A stretch of DNA of 64,000 nucleotides from NCBI GenBank assembly GCA_964016885.1, contig OZ024756.1, positions 40,052,001 through 40,116,000 on the forward strand, given 5' to 3'. Within the stretch, counting starts at the first letter, position 1. The number at the start of each line of letters is the position of its first letter. The notes beneath the pieces are model-generated. The model did not search any database, was not told where the DNA came from, and saw only the letters and a list, made by a program, of their open reading frames with translations. The stretch is from Eledone cirrhosa. Taxonomy: Eukaryota. Shown here one piece after another: positions 48,915 to 63,100 of the stretch. A program made the translations under genes and the position numbers.

Positions 48915-49400
48915 CTGGTCGTGTAATGTTAGTGTGCACAAATGATGAAAGAAATTAGTTGAAAGAAAAACTGAGTATAAGAGAAATTAGATGTAATGTG
49001 TGTGAGAGAGTGAAGACTGAGCTGGTATAGACATGTAATGTATGTGAGAGGAAGACTGTGCTGGTATCAACATGTAATGTGTGTGTGTGAGAGAAGACTG
49101 TGCTGGTATAGACATGTAATGTGTGAGAGAAAACTGTGCTGGTATCAACATGTAATGTGTGTGAGAGAGAGAAGACTGTGCTGGTATAGACATGTAATGT
49201 GTGTGAGAGGAAGACTGTGCTGGTATCAATATGTAATGTGTGTGTGTGAGAGAAGACTGTGCTGGTATAGACATGTAATGTGTGAGAGAAGACTGTGCTG
49301 GTATCAACATGTAATGTGTGTGAGAGAAGACTGTGCTGGTATCGACATGTAATGTCTATGGATGATGGCAGTTGAATAAAGATGTGACAGGAGTTTTAAA
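48915..49400 (+). repeat. RTE LINE 3' fragment whose ERRLCWY.HVM segment is tandemly amplified 9 times
   Basis: Units of ~36-43 bp, GAGAAGACTGTGCTGGTAT[AG/CA]ACATGTAATGTG. Flanks align with 31600..31740. Confidence 0.85.
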
Positions 49401-51361
49401 CAGAAAGAACAAGGAAATTATGGGTAGAAGTGGTGATGACAAAGGTTGACTTATTTTACTAAATCCTTCAAAATTATAGGACTGTGTTTTTCAGCAGAAA
49501 TATGGTAACAAAAGGGTTAATTAGAGACCTGAGGATTCATATTTAATGAGGTAGGGTTCTTTGGTTTAGCTGTGTTTAAGGTTTCACCCTGTAATAGTCC
49601 TTTATTTCTAAATACTTCTTCATTGTTAGAGGTTGTTTACCCCAGTATTCCAATTTAGAATTCAATGAAGAACAAATAGTCTCCTGTAGCACAGTCGTGG
49701 TTGTGTTTAAGGAATTCACTTTGCAACCACTTGGTATCGGTTCAGTCCCACTGTGTAGTACCTTGGACAAGTGTCTTCTACCATAGCCTAAGGTCGACTA
49801 ACCCCTTGTGAGTGAAACTGTGTGGATATGTTTATGTTTACAGTATGTATCTCATAACCTAGTGGTGCAACAAACAGAGATTGATAAAATAAGTACCCAA
49901 CTTTTTAGAAAATAAATACTGGAGTTGATATGATCGACTAAAATCCCTTCAAAGCTGTGCCCCAGCATGGCCAAAGTCTAATGATTAACACCAGTAACAG
50001 AATAAAATAATGTAGTGCCCCAGCATGGCCAAAATCTAATGATTGACTCCGGTAAAAGAATATAAGAATGTAGTGTCCCAGCATGGCCACAGTCTAATGA
50101 CTGGCACCAGTAACAGAATATAAAGTATATAAAGGAAAATACGACCAGCAATGGATTCAAGCCACAACTTCAGCACTCATGCAATTGGATTTAACTAAAA
50201 ATAAGAAGAAAAAATGACCCCCAAATTAGTTGCCGTGGTTGTGTGGTTAAGGAGTTCATTTTACACATTTTACAATGTGTTAGTGCATAAGGTGTAGCAA
50301 TGGTTGTGTGATTAGGTGAAGGTGTGGTTGTGTAGCTAGTGTGTAAGGTGTAGGTATGGCTGTGTAGCTAGTGTGTAAGGTGTAGGCAGGACTGTGTGGT
50401 TAATGTGTAAGGTGTAGGTGAGGTTGTGTGGTTACTAAGGTGTGGGCATGGTTGTGTGGTTAAGGAATTCACTTTGCAACCCTGTGGCCTCAGGTTCAGT
50501 CTCACTGTGTGACACCTTGAGCAAGTCTCTTATTATAGTCTCAGGTTAACCAATACATTATTAGTGGAATTTAGTAGATGGAGGCCTCTCATTATGTGTG
50601 TGTGCGTGTGTTTATGCATATCCTAAAACTTAACAGTTCAACAAAAAGAGATTGATAAAATAAGTACACCAATACACTGAACAAATATCTTCCCAAATCT
50701 GATTGTGGGTTTATTTTGTAAGCTTTGGTCACTTAAAACTGTCCAGTTCTCTCGTCATTCCAACTCAAACTTTCTGACCATACATTCTCCCAAAGGACTA
50801 ATTAAGTTTATATTTTCTTGAAATATATCAACAACTATCTCTAATTATGGTGATCTACATGAAAAATATATCCAATACACTCTGTAAAGTGGTTTGTTAT
50901 TAGAAAAGCATCAAACCATAGAAAATCTGCCAAAGGAAGACTTTTCGTTGTGTCAAAGAAATGACAGGCTCCCTAGTGTTGGTGATCTATACAATAAATA
51001 CACCCAGTAAACTCTTGGTGATAGGAAGGGCATCCAGCAGTAAAAAGACTTGCCTAACAAAGGGTCAAGATGACTCTTCAGTTGTGCAGTAGACATGACA
51101 ACTTTATCAAATGTCAGTGATCTACACGATAAACACACCACACAGTACACTCTGTACGGCAGTTTCTATTTGCCATCTTCCTCTGTACCCTTTGTTAGGC
51201 AAGTTTTTTATGTCTGGATGCCCTTCATATTACCAGCCACTTCATCAGATCAATATTATTGGTTAGGATTGTTTGGGGGAGCCAGTACAATGCAAGAAGT
51301 AAAAACTAGAGTAAAGTAAAACAAGCAAAACAGTTTAAACTTATTTCATAATAGTTTGGGG

Positions 51362-51573
51362 TTAACCCATTACCATTTAAACCAGCTGTATCTGGCCAGA
51401 ATTCTCTCACTTCTTTCTGTTCAAACCAGCTCTAACTGGCCACTCATTCTGATGTTAAGGTATTGTTCTCAAAATAAATAATATCAAAATCTCATGTGAG
51501 ATAAAGTCCTAACTACGAAAATACAATAGTATCATCATCATCATCTAGAGTAATGTAAATGTTAAAGGGTGAA
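51362..51573 (+). mobile_element. piggyBac-like MITE
   Basis: Same family as 19089..19306. Confidence 0.72.
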
Positions 51574-52487
51574 AACAACTTTTTCAAAAGAAAGAAAATG
51601 GAGTGTAATGACAAATTGAGTTCTTCACTCCTGTATTTCTTACTTGCACCGTACTGGCTTTCTCAAACCAATCCTAACCATATATTTCACAGTGTTTCAG
51701 GGAATGATGGACATTAAATGATGATGATATGCTACTTTACTATCATTATCTTCATTATTATTTAAGGAAGATGGATTGGCAGAATTGTTAAAGTTAGAAG
51801 AAAAACCTTGCAATATTATCTTTATTTGGTTCATAAACTGTAGAACAAACTAACTTGATGGGGGAGGTTTCACTAGAATGGAAGTAGGATGGTTCACACC
51901 TTTAGTAACCCCCCTCCTGTAACTACTCCTCGTTCTACAATACAAAACTGTTGGCTCTGAAATGTTTCTATTTCTCTAAAAACCTTCCATCATAATTTTA
52001 TGTGAAAACCTTTAAGTTATGTTCCAAACACGATAGTTATACAATACTAAATCCCTCCCAATTCTTGATTATTTTCAAAAATTAGGCAGTGAGTATCATA
52101 TTGGTGAGAAATATATTGAAAGGGTTAGTGAAACACAAACAGAGAGAAAGTTAGAAGATTTTTCAGTTTTGTTTTAATTTAAAAGGAGAAAAAAGGGGAA
52201 CAATAAACAACAGAAAACCATTATGAATTCATTTTTCATGGAATTCTTAACAGTGAGTCAGTCAGTTAGAAATTGTCCTTGAGGAACACAAAAGTTAATG
52301 TCATTGTATGAGGTCGCACAATAACAGACACAAATAACACACACACAGTTTAATGCTTTATGTGTATGCCCAATGACATACACACATAAACAACATACAC
52401 ACTTGTATACACACCAAAAACAACCACGCACACACACAGGCACACATACACACACACATCCTTGAGTAATGCTAAACAAGACAGTTG

Positions 52488-55400
52488 TTACAATTCTCCG
52501 TCATTCCTGTGTGGTGGTTTCTTTGCAGAATCTTTATCAGCTTGTGAGGAGTCAGCAGTGTCTTTGGAGTCAGTAGTGCTTTCTGGAATAAATAATAATG
52601 GTTTCATTTATTGGCCACAAGAGCCGACACAAATAATAACAATAATAGTTTCAAATTTAGACAAGGCCAAAAATTCTGGAGAAAGAACAGAATTAAATCT
52701 TAACCTTTTTGATAGCAACAAAGCCAAAACTGGCTTCAGTAATGAAATAATATATTTATCAAATCCCTCAAAATCCTTCATTAATTAAATGAAAGAGTTT
52801 ATCTCATTAGAAATACAGTCACAAAAGGGTTAAAATTCTGTAATAAATAAGCAGAAAATATCTAAAAACAGGTTTGTTAATTTAACTATATATTTACTAG
52901 TGGACACATGGTAAAAACTTGCAGCAACAACTTTAATTTTTAGTGTGATGCAGTCATACAAGTGAAGCTGTCTCTTATTTTCCCTCTCCAGGGGCTTATA
53001 TGTCCATCTCATAGTCAAAAACGTGCACTGTAAGCATTAACTCTAAATTAACTTCTTACACCCAGTACACTCTGTAAAGTGGTAGTACTAGTGCCATAAC
53101 ATACACCTAGTATACTCTGTAAAGTGGTAATACTGGTGCCACAATAAAATACACCTAGTACACTCTGTAAAGTGGTAGTGCAGGTGCTTTAACATACAGC
53201 CGGCACTCTCAGTAGTGTTAGTGCCACGATAACATACACCCATTTCATTTCAAATAGAATTGGTAATGAAAGGGTCAAATATATTAGAACAACAATACTT
53301 ACTTTCAGTATCACTATCTGTTTTGGTCTTCGCACTGTCTGCCTTTTCTGTAGAATTGGTAGTATTAGTTTTATCAGATGGAGGTTTTACCTTTGGTTTT
53401 GGTACATAACTTTTGGCCTTATAGACTAAATAGTTCACCTCTCGATCCAAGTCCCTGATTTTCAGAGCAATATCTTCAGTTAATAATTTAGGTTTCTCAT
53501 GTTTTGGAGTCTTTTTTTGCTCTGCTAACATGGCCTTGCGCCAAATCTGAAATATAAAAGTATCAAAGGAAAATTATCAATTATATTCTTATTATTATGT
53601 CTGTTTTTGTCCATATTTGCATGGGTGATACATGTCCTCTCCACTACACTATTTTCCCTTCCTCATGTCATCTCATTTGTGAGATTCAGCATCCTCTGAT
53701 CCATGTTCACCACCTCTACCTAAGTCTACCCCTATCACAGCATCCCCTACTTGTCTGCCATATCTGAGATTCAGCATTCTGTGATCCATGTTCACCACCT
53801 CTACCTAAGTCTACCCCTATCACAGCATCCCCTACTTGTCTGCCATATCTGAGATTCAGCATTCTGTGATCCATGTTCACCACCTCTACCTAAGTCTACC
53901 CCTATCACAGCATCCCCTACTTGTCCGCCATATCTGAGATTCAGCATTCTGTGATCCATGTTCACCACCTCTACCTAAGTCTACCCCTATCACAGCATCC
54001 CCTACTTGTCTGCCATATCTGAGATTCAGCATTCTGTGATCCATGTTCACCACCTCTACCTAAGTCTACCCCTATCACAGCATCCCCTACTTGTCCGCCA
54101 TATCTGAGATTCAGCATTCTGTGATCCATGTTCACCACCTCTACCTAAGTCTACCCCTATCACAGCATCCCCCACTTGTCTGCCATATCTGAGATTCAGC
54201 ATTCTGTGATCCATGTTCACCACCTCTACCTAAGTCTACCCCTATCACAGCATCCCCTACTTGTCCGCCATATCTGAGATTCAGCATTCTGTGATCCATG
54301 TTCACCACCTCTACCTAAGTCTACCCCTATCACAGCATCCCCCACTTGTCTGCCATATCTGAGATTCAGCATTCTGTGATCCATGTTCACCACCTCTACC
54401 TAAGTCTACCCCTATCACAGCATCCCCCACTTGTCTGCCATATCTGAGATTCAGCATCCTGTGATCCATGTTCACCACCTCTACCTAAGTCTACCCCTAT
54501 CACAGCATCCCCTACTTGTCTGCCATATCTGAGATTCAGCATTCTGTGATCCATGTTCACCACCTCTACCTAAGTCTACCCCTATCACAGCATCCCCTAC
54601 TTGTCTGCCATATCTGAGATTCAGCATCCTGTGATCCATGTTCACCACCTCTACCTAAGTCTACCCCTATCACAGCATCCCCTACTTGTCTGCCATATCT
54701 GAGATTCAGCATTCTGTGATCCATGTTCACCACCTCTACCTAAGTCTACCCCTATCACAGCATCCCCTACTTGTCTGCCATATCTGAGATTCAGCATTCT
54801 GTGATCCATGTTCACCACCTCTACCTAAGTCTACCCCTATCACAGCATCCCCTACTTGTCTGCCATATCTGAGATTCAGCATTCTGTGATCCATGTTCAC
54901 CACCCCTACCTAAGTCTACCCCTATCACAGCATCCCCTACTTGTCTGCCATATCTGAGATTCAGCATCCTCTGATCCATGTTCACCACCCCTACCTAAGT
55001 CTACCCCTATCACAGCATCCCCCACTTGTCTGCCATATCTGAGATTCAGCATCCTGTGATCCATGTTCACCACCTCTACCTAAGTCTACCCCTATCACAG
55101 CATCCCCTACTTGTCTGCCATATCTGAGATTCAGCATCCTGTGATCCATGTTCACCACCCCTACCTAAGTCTACCCCTATCACAGCATCCCCCACTTGTC
55201 TGCCATATCTGAGATTCAGCATCCTGTGATCCATGTTCACCACCTCTACCTAAGTCTACCCCTATCACAGCATCCCCCCACTTGTCCGCCATATCTGAGA
55301 TTCAGCATCCTGTGATCCATGTTCACCACCCCTACCTAAGTCTACCCCTATCACAGCATCCCCCACTTGTCCGCCATATCTGAGATTCAGCATTCTGTGA

Positions 55401-58400
55401 TCCATGTTCACCACCTCTACCTAAGTCTACCCCTATCACAGCATCCCCCACTTGTCTGCCATATCTGAGATTCAGCATCCTCTGATCCATGTTCACCACC
55501 TCTACCTAAGTCTACCCCTACCCCTATCACAGCAGCCACCTACTTATCTCATTCCCTAGTCATCTCCTTACTTCAGAAGAAACATTAATAATAAAACAAC
55601 ATTACTCACATATGTTTCATTGATGAGTTTACCCAGAGTATTGACTTCAACCTGGGTAAACACAGGATCATCTCCTAAAGTATGGTTATAAAGGTTTTTA
55701 TAAAAATATTCTGTATGGTTTAATAGAGACTTCAGAGTCTCAAGTATAACTGGTCGGTCTCTCATTTCTTTCACTCGAATCAACAGATCCTTTGATGCTG
55801 CCTTCAATACATCCAAACGTTTTACAAATTCCTGGAAAAAAACATAGATGGAATGAAATAGCTGGGTCATGTGTTGAAGAAGGATGAAAAATATGTGGGT
55901 GAGAGAAGGAGTGATAAATAGGAATGTGAAAGGTAATAGAGAAAAGGGAAGACCCTCCCCACTCCACCAAAATATGGCTAAAGATGTGAGTGAGAGGAGT
56001 GATAGACAGATATGTTAAAGGTAATACAAGAAGGGGAAGACCAAGAAAAGATATGGCTAAAGATGATGGTGGAGGAAAGAGAAGCCAGGGGTTGGTGAGG
56101 GGAATGTGGACAATAGGAGACACATTTTATCAAACATAGAAATACAGTGTAGGTGTCCTGTGTAGGTGTACATATTCTAAATATTACGATACACACAGTA
56201 AAGACAGAATGAACAACAACAACAATAATAATTCTTCCTAATATTGGCCCAAGGCCAGCAATTTGAGTGATGGGGGGGGGGGTGATTATATTGATCCTAG
56301 CACTTAACCAGAAGGATGAAAGGTAAAGCTGACCACAATAGGATTTAAACTCAGAACATAAAGAGTCATAACTAAATGCTTACAAAAGCATTTTGTCCGA
56401 CACTCTAATGATTCTTCTGCCAATGCATCAACAATAAAAGTAACCTGTGTTATTACCTCTGTTTTTGTGCTATCATCTTGTTCATAAAGCCAATCTGAAC
56501 TTTCAGAACATTCTTTTCTTATGGCTTCCCTCTGTTCCTCAGTGGAACATTCAATGTAGTCATCTTGAGATAACTTATCTTGAATGTCAAAAATATACGC
56601 TTCTAATTCATTCTTGGAATGCTCAAGAGCTCTCTTATCATCGTCTTTCTTTTTAAGTTCCGCTAAGCTACAAAGAAAACAGAAATTTCATTTGATATCA
56701 ATTAAAAGACAAAGAAAAAAAAACACCTTTTTTAACCCCTTTGTCACAATATTTCTAATGAAAGACACTGTCTATGTTATTAACCCATTTGTCATCATAT
56801 TTCTAATGAAAGACACTGCCTATGTTGTTAACCCTTTGGTCACCATATTTCTAATGAAAGACACTACCTATAATTTTCAAATATTGAAGAATTTGAAATG
56901 ATTTATAACTTTCTCCTTAAGTTGGTATCAATTATATTTAAGAACTTTTAAATTATGATGGAATATTTTTAGATAAATACAGGGTGACCCCCAAAAATGT
57001 ATACACACTTTGATTAGAAAGTGTGTATATATTTTTGGGAGACACACCCTGTATATGCAATTTCAAACAAGCTGTTATGAATTGTAGAAACAGTGATGTC
57101 AGGGGTGAAATAATTTACAGTTAATATTCTTCAATTGTGTCAAAGACATAACAACCTCTTTAGTATTGGTGATTTACATAAAAACACCCAGTACGCTCTC
57201 TAAAATGGTTGATGATAGGAAGGGCACCCAGCCATAGCAAACCTACCAAACAAGAAGTCAGCTTCAGCTGTGTTAAAGGCATGACAACCTCCCTTAGTGT
57301 TGATGCCACAATAATATACAAGGCAGGACAATCATAATTAGATTACCCTCCACCATGTCTGCTTATTTAGGATTAACCTAGGGTTAAAAAACAGTCTGAA
57401 AATAATCAAAGATTTCCAGAAAAACTTACCGACTTTTTGATTCCTTCATTTTTTTCTCAGCAATTGGCAGCAAGTCTAAAATTTTTATATTCATTTTAAG
57501 ATTTTCTTTTAATATACCTGGTTTTTTAACTTTAGGACTTTCATCCTTTTTCGTCGAGCCCTAGTAAAATTCAAAAGAAAAAGAAAACTATTTTAATTCT
57601 ATATAGTTTGATTTAAGAAAACAAAAATATTTAAGTTTTATCACAAAATATATATTATACTAGCAGCCTTCTGGCATTCAACCCAGTCTGTACTGTGCTC
57701 AAATCTATTCATAAGGCACCTATTGGCATCTATCGTAAGGAGGTAAATAGATGTGTGATGTGTTATAAGGAGATGTGTCCTGTGTTTTATCAACCTGATT
57801 CCTCATCCTCACAAGCAAGAGTTATATGTAGATATGTGCTGTGTTATGTGTAGATGTGTTATGTGTAGATGTGTGCTGTGTAAATGTGTGCTGTTATAAA
57901 TAGATGTGCTCTGTGTTATACATAGATATGTCCTGTGTTATACATAGATGTGTTCTGTGTTATATGTAGATGTGTTCTGTGTAAATGCGTCTTGTGTTAT
58001 ATGTAGATGTGTTGTGTGTTTTATCAACCAGACTTTTATCACAAACAACAGATATGAGGCTATTTTCCCTGATAAATACACACAGAAAACATTAAAAACA
58101 AACAATTTCAAAGAAGATAATCAACTTTAACTTACTTGTGTTGTATTAGTTTGATTTTTCTCACTTGGTTTTGATCCCTCTTCACTCTTTTGGGATTTCT
58201 CGCCCTCTTTTTGTCCCTGTTCACTGGGTTTTTCTGCTTTCTCCTCTCCACTCTTTTTCTCAGCAGAATCTTCCTAAATTACATAAAACAGAGTATCATA
58301 TAAAAATCGATATTTAAATATATTTTTCAATTTTCTTTCACTTTTTTGATACCTAATTGCCTCGAACCCTTGATACAAAACCGTTTCTTTAGTAGTGTTT

Positions 58401-60089
58401 ATATTTATTTTAAAATCATCCATCATAATTTCATGTAAGAACAATTGTTATGTTCCAAACACCAACTTAACCTTTTAGCATTTACATCACTCTATATATA
58501 TATATAATTATATTTTCATGGTAAAGGCTTTACCTCATATAATATCGGATCTATTAAATTTTGATATTTATTTTGAGAACAAAACCTTAACATCAGTATG
58601 AGTGGCTAATTTCAGCTGACTTGAACAAAAAGAGGTGAGGGAATTCTGGCCAGATGTGGCCGGTTTAAATGCTAAAGTGTTAAAGTAAAAAAACAACCAG
58701 ATCCTATAATTCTGACATACCTTTGGTGTCTTTTCAGATTTCTTCTCTTTACTTTGTTCCTCAGCACCATCTCCAGCACCTTTAGCCGTTGTCCCCGTTT
58801 CTTTATCAGTAGATGCCGTCTTATCAGCAGCTCCCTGTAAACCAATACACAACACATACACTTGTATTACGATATAGGAATTAGAAAAAAAACAATATGC
58901 CATTGCAAGCCAATGAAATCTTTGACCCATTTGTGTCTATATTCCATTTAATGTGGTGCAGTAAATAAATATATACATACACACCAGGTCCAAACACAAA
59001 GGAACCAAGCTCCCATTGTCACTACCTCCATCTCTCCCCATCTCTCATTATTATAAGCAAATGGGGGTCCACGCACTGGTCGCCCCGCAGCACTGGCGGA
59101 CAGAATAGAGAAGTCGTTTCCCTAGAGGATGGCGAGGGAGACACGCTGGAAGAGCCATTCTAGCTCACTAGGCCCACACCTGCAGGGAGGCCAACTCTGT
59201 GCCAACAAACATTTAAAAAAAAAAAAAAAGAAAAAAAAAAAAGCAGAAGAGGAGGCAAAATATGTGAAATGAACTGAAAGATTTAAAAGAGAAGACAATT
59301 TCCATTCCTACCTCTTCATTAACAGACATTCCATCAGACTCTTCATTTCCTCGGAAAAATCCACTTAAAGTATTACCAAGTTCTAAAAATGGGAAAAATT
59401 TATTGGAAATGTAGTTGAACGGTCAACAGAAGATTCTATAGAAATTTTAGAGGACACAGCTAAAAACGGTTGTTTTTTTTTTACTATAATAAATTAGAAC
59501 AAGACTTGTAATTTTAAAGACAAGTTGATTGTATTGACCCAGTATTTGACTGGTATTTTATTTTATGAAAGGATGAAAGGTAATGTTGCTCTTGGAGAGG
59601 TTTGAAACTAGAATGTAAAGTCCATAACAAAATACAGTAATTGTTTTCATCTGATGCACTCTCTGCCAATCTACTGCCTCTTTTTTCTTATTTAGTATAA
59701 CAAATTCTACCATGTCTGCACTGCATGCATAGAACCATAACTCTGTCTATGTCATTAACCCTTTCATTACCATATTTCTAATGAAAGACACTGATAAATA
59801 TAAACACTTTAAAACAGTTTTCTAACATAAAACCTGGGGCAGTTTCAGGCGATTGGGTATCAAAAGTTATTTTTGTTTTGCTTTTAATAGAGATTCAGAT
59901 ATAAATATAGATTATTGATACATACTTGACCATGTAGATTCTTCATTTTCATTTGCAGCATCAGGTGCTTGCTCAAATATAGATTCTGCCTGCAGAAAAA
60001 AATGGTTGCTTGCTTAGAATTGAGAATAAAATCATCGGTTTGAAATGTCACAACGGGATCCCTTATGACTCCATAAGAAATTACTAGTC

Positions 60090-60128
<39 letters not shown>

Positions 60129-63100
60129 CTGTCCAATGATAAACCAGTAAAAAAAAAAACAATTAACAGAAAATAAGGAAAGATTTTTACCCCATCCAAG
60201 TGCAATAAGCCACTTTCATCCATGCGAAAATGCACGCGTACACCTTTGTAGTCAACAGCTGTGGTGTGTTTGGCATAGGCATCTCCAACTCCAGTCAAGG
60301 AAATATTTTTCAAAAACGTTGAATGGAATGATCTGGAGGGGAAAAAGTAATTAATTTTAGAAATCATAATCTGTTGCTGCCACAGGTAAAACAATTGTTT
60401 TTATAATGTTAAAGGTATTTTTTTAGAGGGGTAAACTAATTTCTGTGAGCTTCAGTGATATGAGATCAGTTTTTACAACTGCCACCCAGTTCTTCCGTCA
60501 TCTCCCTCTGCTGCAGCTTCCTTCCATTAGGATTTCTTGGCCAACATAAATTACCATCCATTACCAACAATCATCGTCATCTTCACTCAACAATCATCAT
60601 CCTCCTCCTTCCACGCTAACATGGGTTAAACGGGCTGTCCTTTTGTGAGAGATCAGGTCAGGGGACCGTGATTTGCTCACACAGAACTGTTTTTGGCTTG
60701 GTTTCTACGACTGGGTGCCTCTCCTAACGCCAACCACAATAATTATCCATTACCAACAACAGACAACCAGAAAGGAAGACTTACTTCTTGTGGTCATCAG
60801 TAATAAAGTTAAGATCTCCATAACCAACAGCAAAGTTGAAGTCATCAGTGTGTTTATTAAATGTCATTACTTTCTTCACGGGGAATGTGTTGCCACGTCC
60901 AAACAGGGTCCTCTTCACAATTTTAGAGTTGCTCGTCTTTTGACGTTTAAATTCAACCTAACAAACAAGATATAACAAAATAAAGCAATGAAAAAAAAAA
61001 AAATTATACTAGTTTCTATATAAAAATAATAAACAATCTCTGTCCACTTTTTTTCCATCTCCAGAAATACTTTATCTGATTTATTCAACTATTATTATAG
61101 TTATCTGCATTGTGGTGACTACATTTTCGAATTTCAAATAAAAATATTTTCAATATTTCAGAGTTTGGCAAGTGGCATGATCTGAGACCGTATACCAGCA
61201 AGTGTTTCAAAGCCATTTTCCCTGCTAAAACTGGGGTTAGCCACGCAGGCTCGTTAGCAGAGGATACGTAAGCAGGCTCCTTGACAGGGGTTAGCATGAG
61301 GTCCTTTTCGACATGCAAAGATACAATATAACTTTTCCAAACTAGATACACACAGCAATATATATATATAACATCATCATCATTTTTACACAGACTTTTC
61401 CAAGCTGTCATGGGTTGGACAGGATTTTTTGAGGCAATGTTTTAGAGCCAGATGCCCTTCCTGACTCCAACCCTATTACTCACTTCTTATGACACACATA
61501 TGGTGTCCCTATTCTAAACCAGATACAGTTAAACCCAAACGTCTTAAAGCCATTTTCCCTGCTAAACTAAGATTAACATTGTGGTCCCTATAAAACTTCA
61601 TATTAATCACGGGGTCAGGCAATGACTTACAGCTGGATGCCCTTCCTGGTGCCAACAGTTACCGTTGTATTTTACAACATGTAAGGGTATAGTATACCTA
61701 TTCCAAACACAGAAGACTGTAGAGAGTAGTAGAGAAATATTTCTTACCACAATAGGATAAACAGTGGTTTCTTTAACAATGAACTTCTTCACACGGAATC
61801 CCTGACTCAAGTGAGCAGCCTGGTAGACAGCTCCAAGAGCAGCTGCTTCGTCTGTGTTGATACTTTTACCCAGTTCTTTGCTAGAAAAACAAAACAACAA
61901 CAATATTAAAGATTAATTTAAAAATCATTGATCAGGGATGACCCAGATAAACCCTTCAAGACTATAATTTTAAAAGCATTGATCAGAGATGACCCAGATA
62001 AACCCTTCAAGACTATAATTTTAAAAGCATTGATCAGAGATGACCCAGATAAACCCTTCAAGACTATAATTTTAAAAGCATTGATCAGAGATGACCCAGA
62101 TAAACCCTTCAAGACTATAATTTTAAAAGCATTGATCAGAGATGACCCAGATAAACCCTTCAAGACTATAATTTTAAAAGCATTGATCAGGGATGACCCA
62201 GATAAACCCTTCAAGACTATAATTTTAAAAGCATTGATCAGAGATGACTTAGATAAACTCTTCAAGGCAATAGTATAACGGTTTCTTTTAAAAAGATAAT
62301 TTTGAAAAAATAAAAGTATTTGGAAAGATTACTCACCGTTTCACAGCTTTCTGCAGATTTTCCTGAACTTTCGGAATACGAGTTCCACCTCCAAATAAGA
62401 TGACATCTTTTATTTCCTCCTACAAACAAAACAGATTCAAAAGAGTTATTCCACTAAAATTAAACAATATACAAAGCAAAGTTAACTCTTTGTGCACTTA
62501 AAACATATAGGTGTGTCTTTCATCTCCCACTTTTTATGTAGCTGAAACATAATGATCTTTTATCTCCCACCTTTTGTGCCAAAAATGTACTGATACATCT
62601 ACCTCCCTTTCCTTATGTGTTATTACAACCCAATACCTTAACCACTAGGCCATACACTCTTTCATTGTGGTCAAAGGTCCAACACCCTTACAACTAGGCC
62701 ACACACCGTCACTGTGGTCAATAAAATACATAAAAAATAGTGCTAAGGAATGAATTTTTTAAAAAGCTTACCAATGTTATTTCAGAGAATTCTAAAGCTT
62801 TCTTAATTGGCATGGCAACTCTCTCAAATAGATCAGCATTAAGTTCTTCAAAGATTCTTCGAGTTACTTTGATACGCATGTCCTGATTGTCTATCAGATT
62901 CTCGATTTGAGCGTAATGTTCTGTATTAGCACTGAGAACCATCTTTACACGCTCAGCTTCTTTAAACAGTTTTGCCATACTACGCTGGTTCTTGAAGACA
63001 TCCTGGGAGGTGAGTTTTTTCTTGTTGAATTCTTTAGCAAGATGGTCTCTGAATCGTAGAGTCATTTCAAGACCGCCAAGTCTATTATCAAATCTGCAAA

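Noticed and set aside
61918-62278. Repetitive ORFs on both strands
   Set aside because: A 54-bp unit is divisible by 3 and lacks stops by chance. The array is intronic and the HYOU1 phases close without it.
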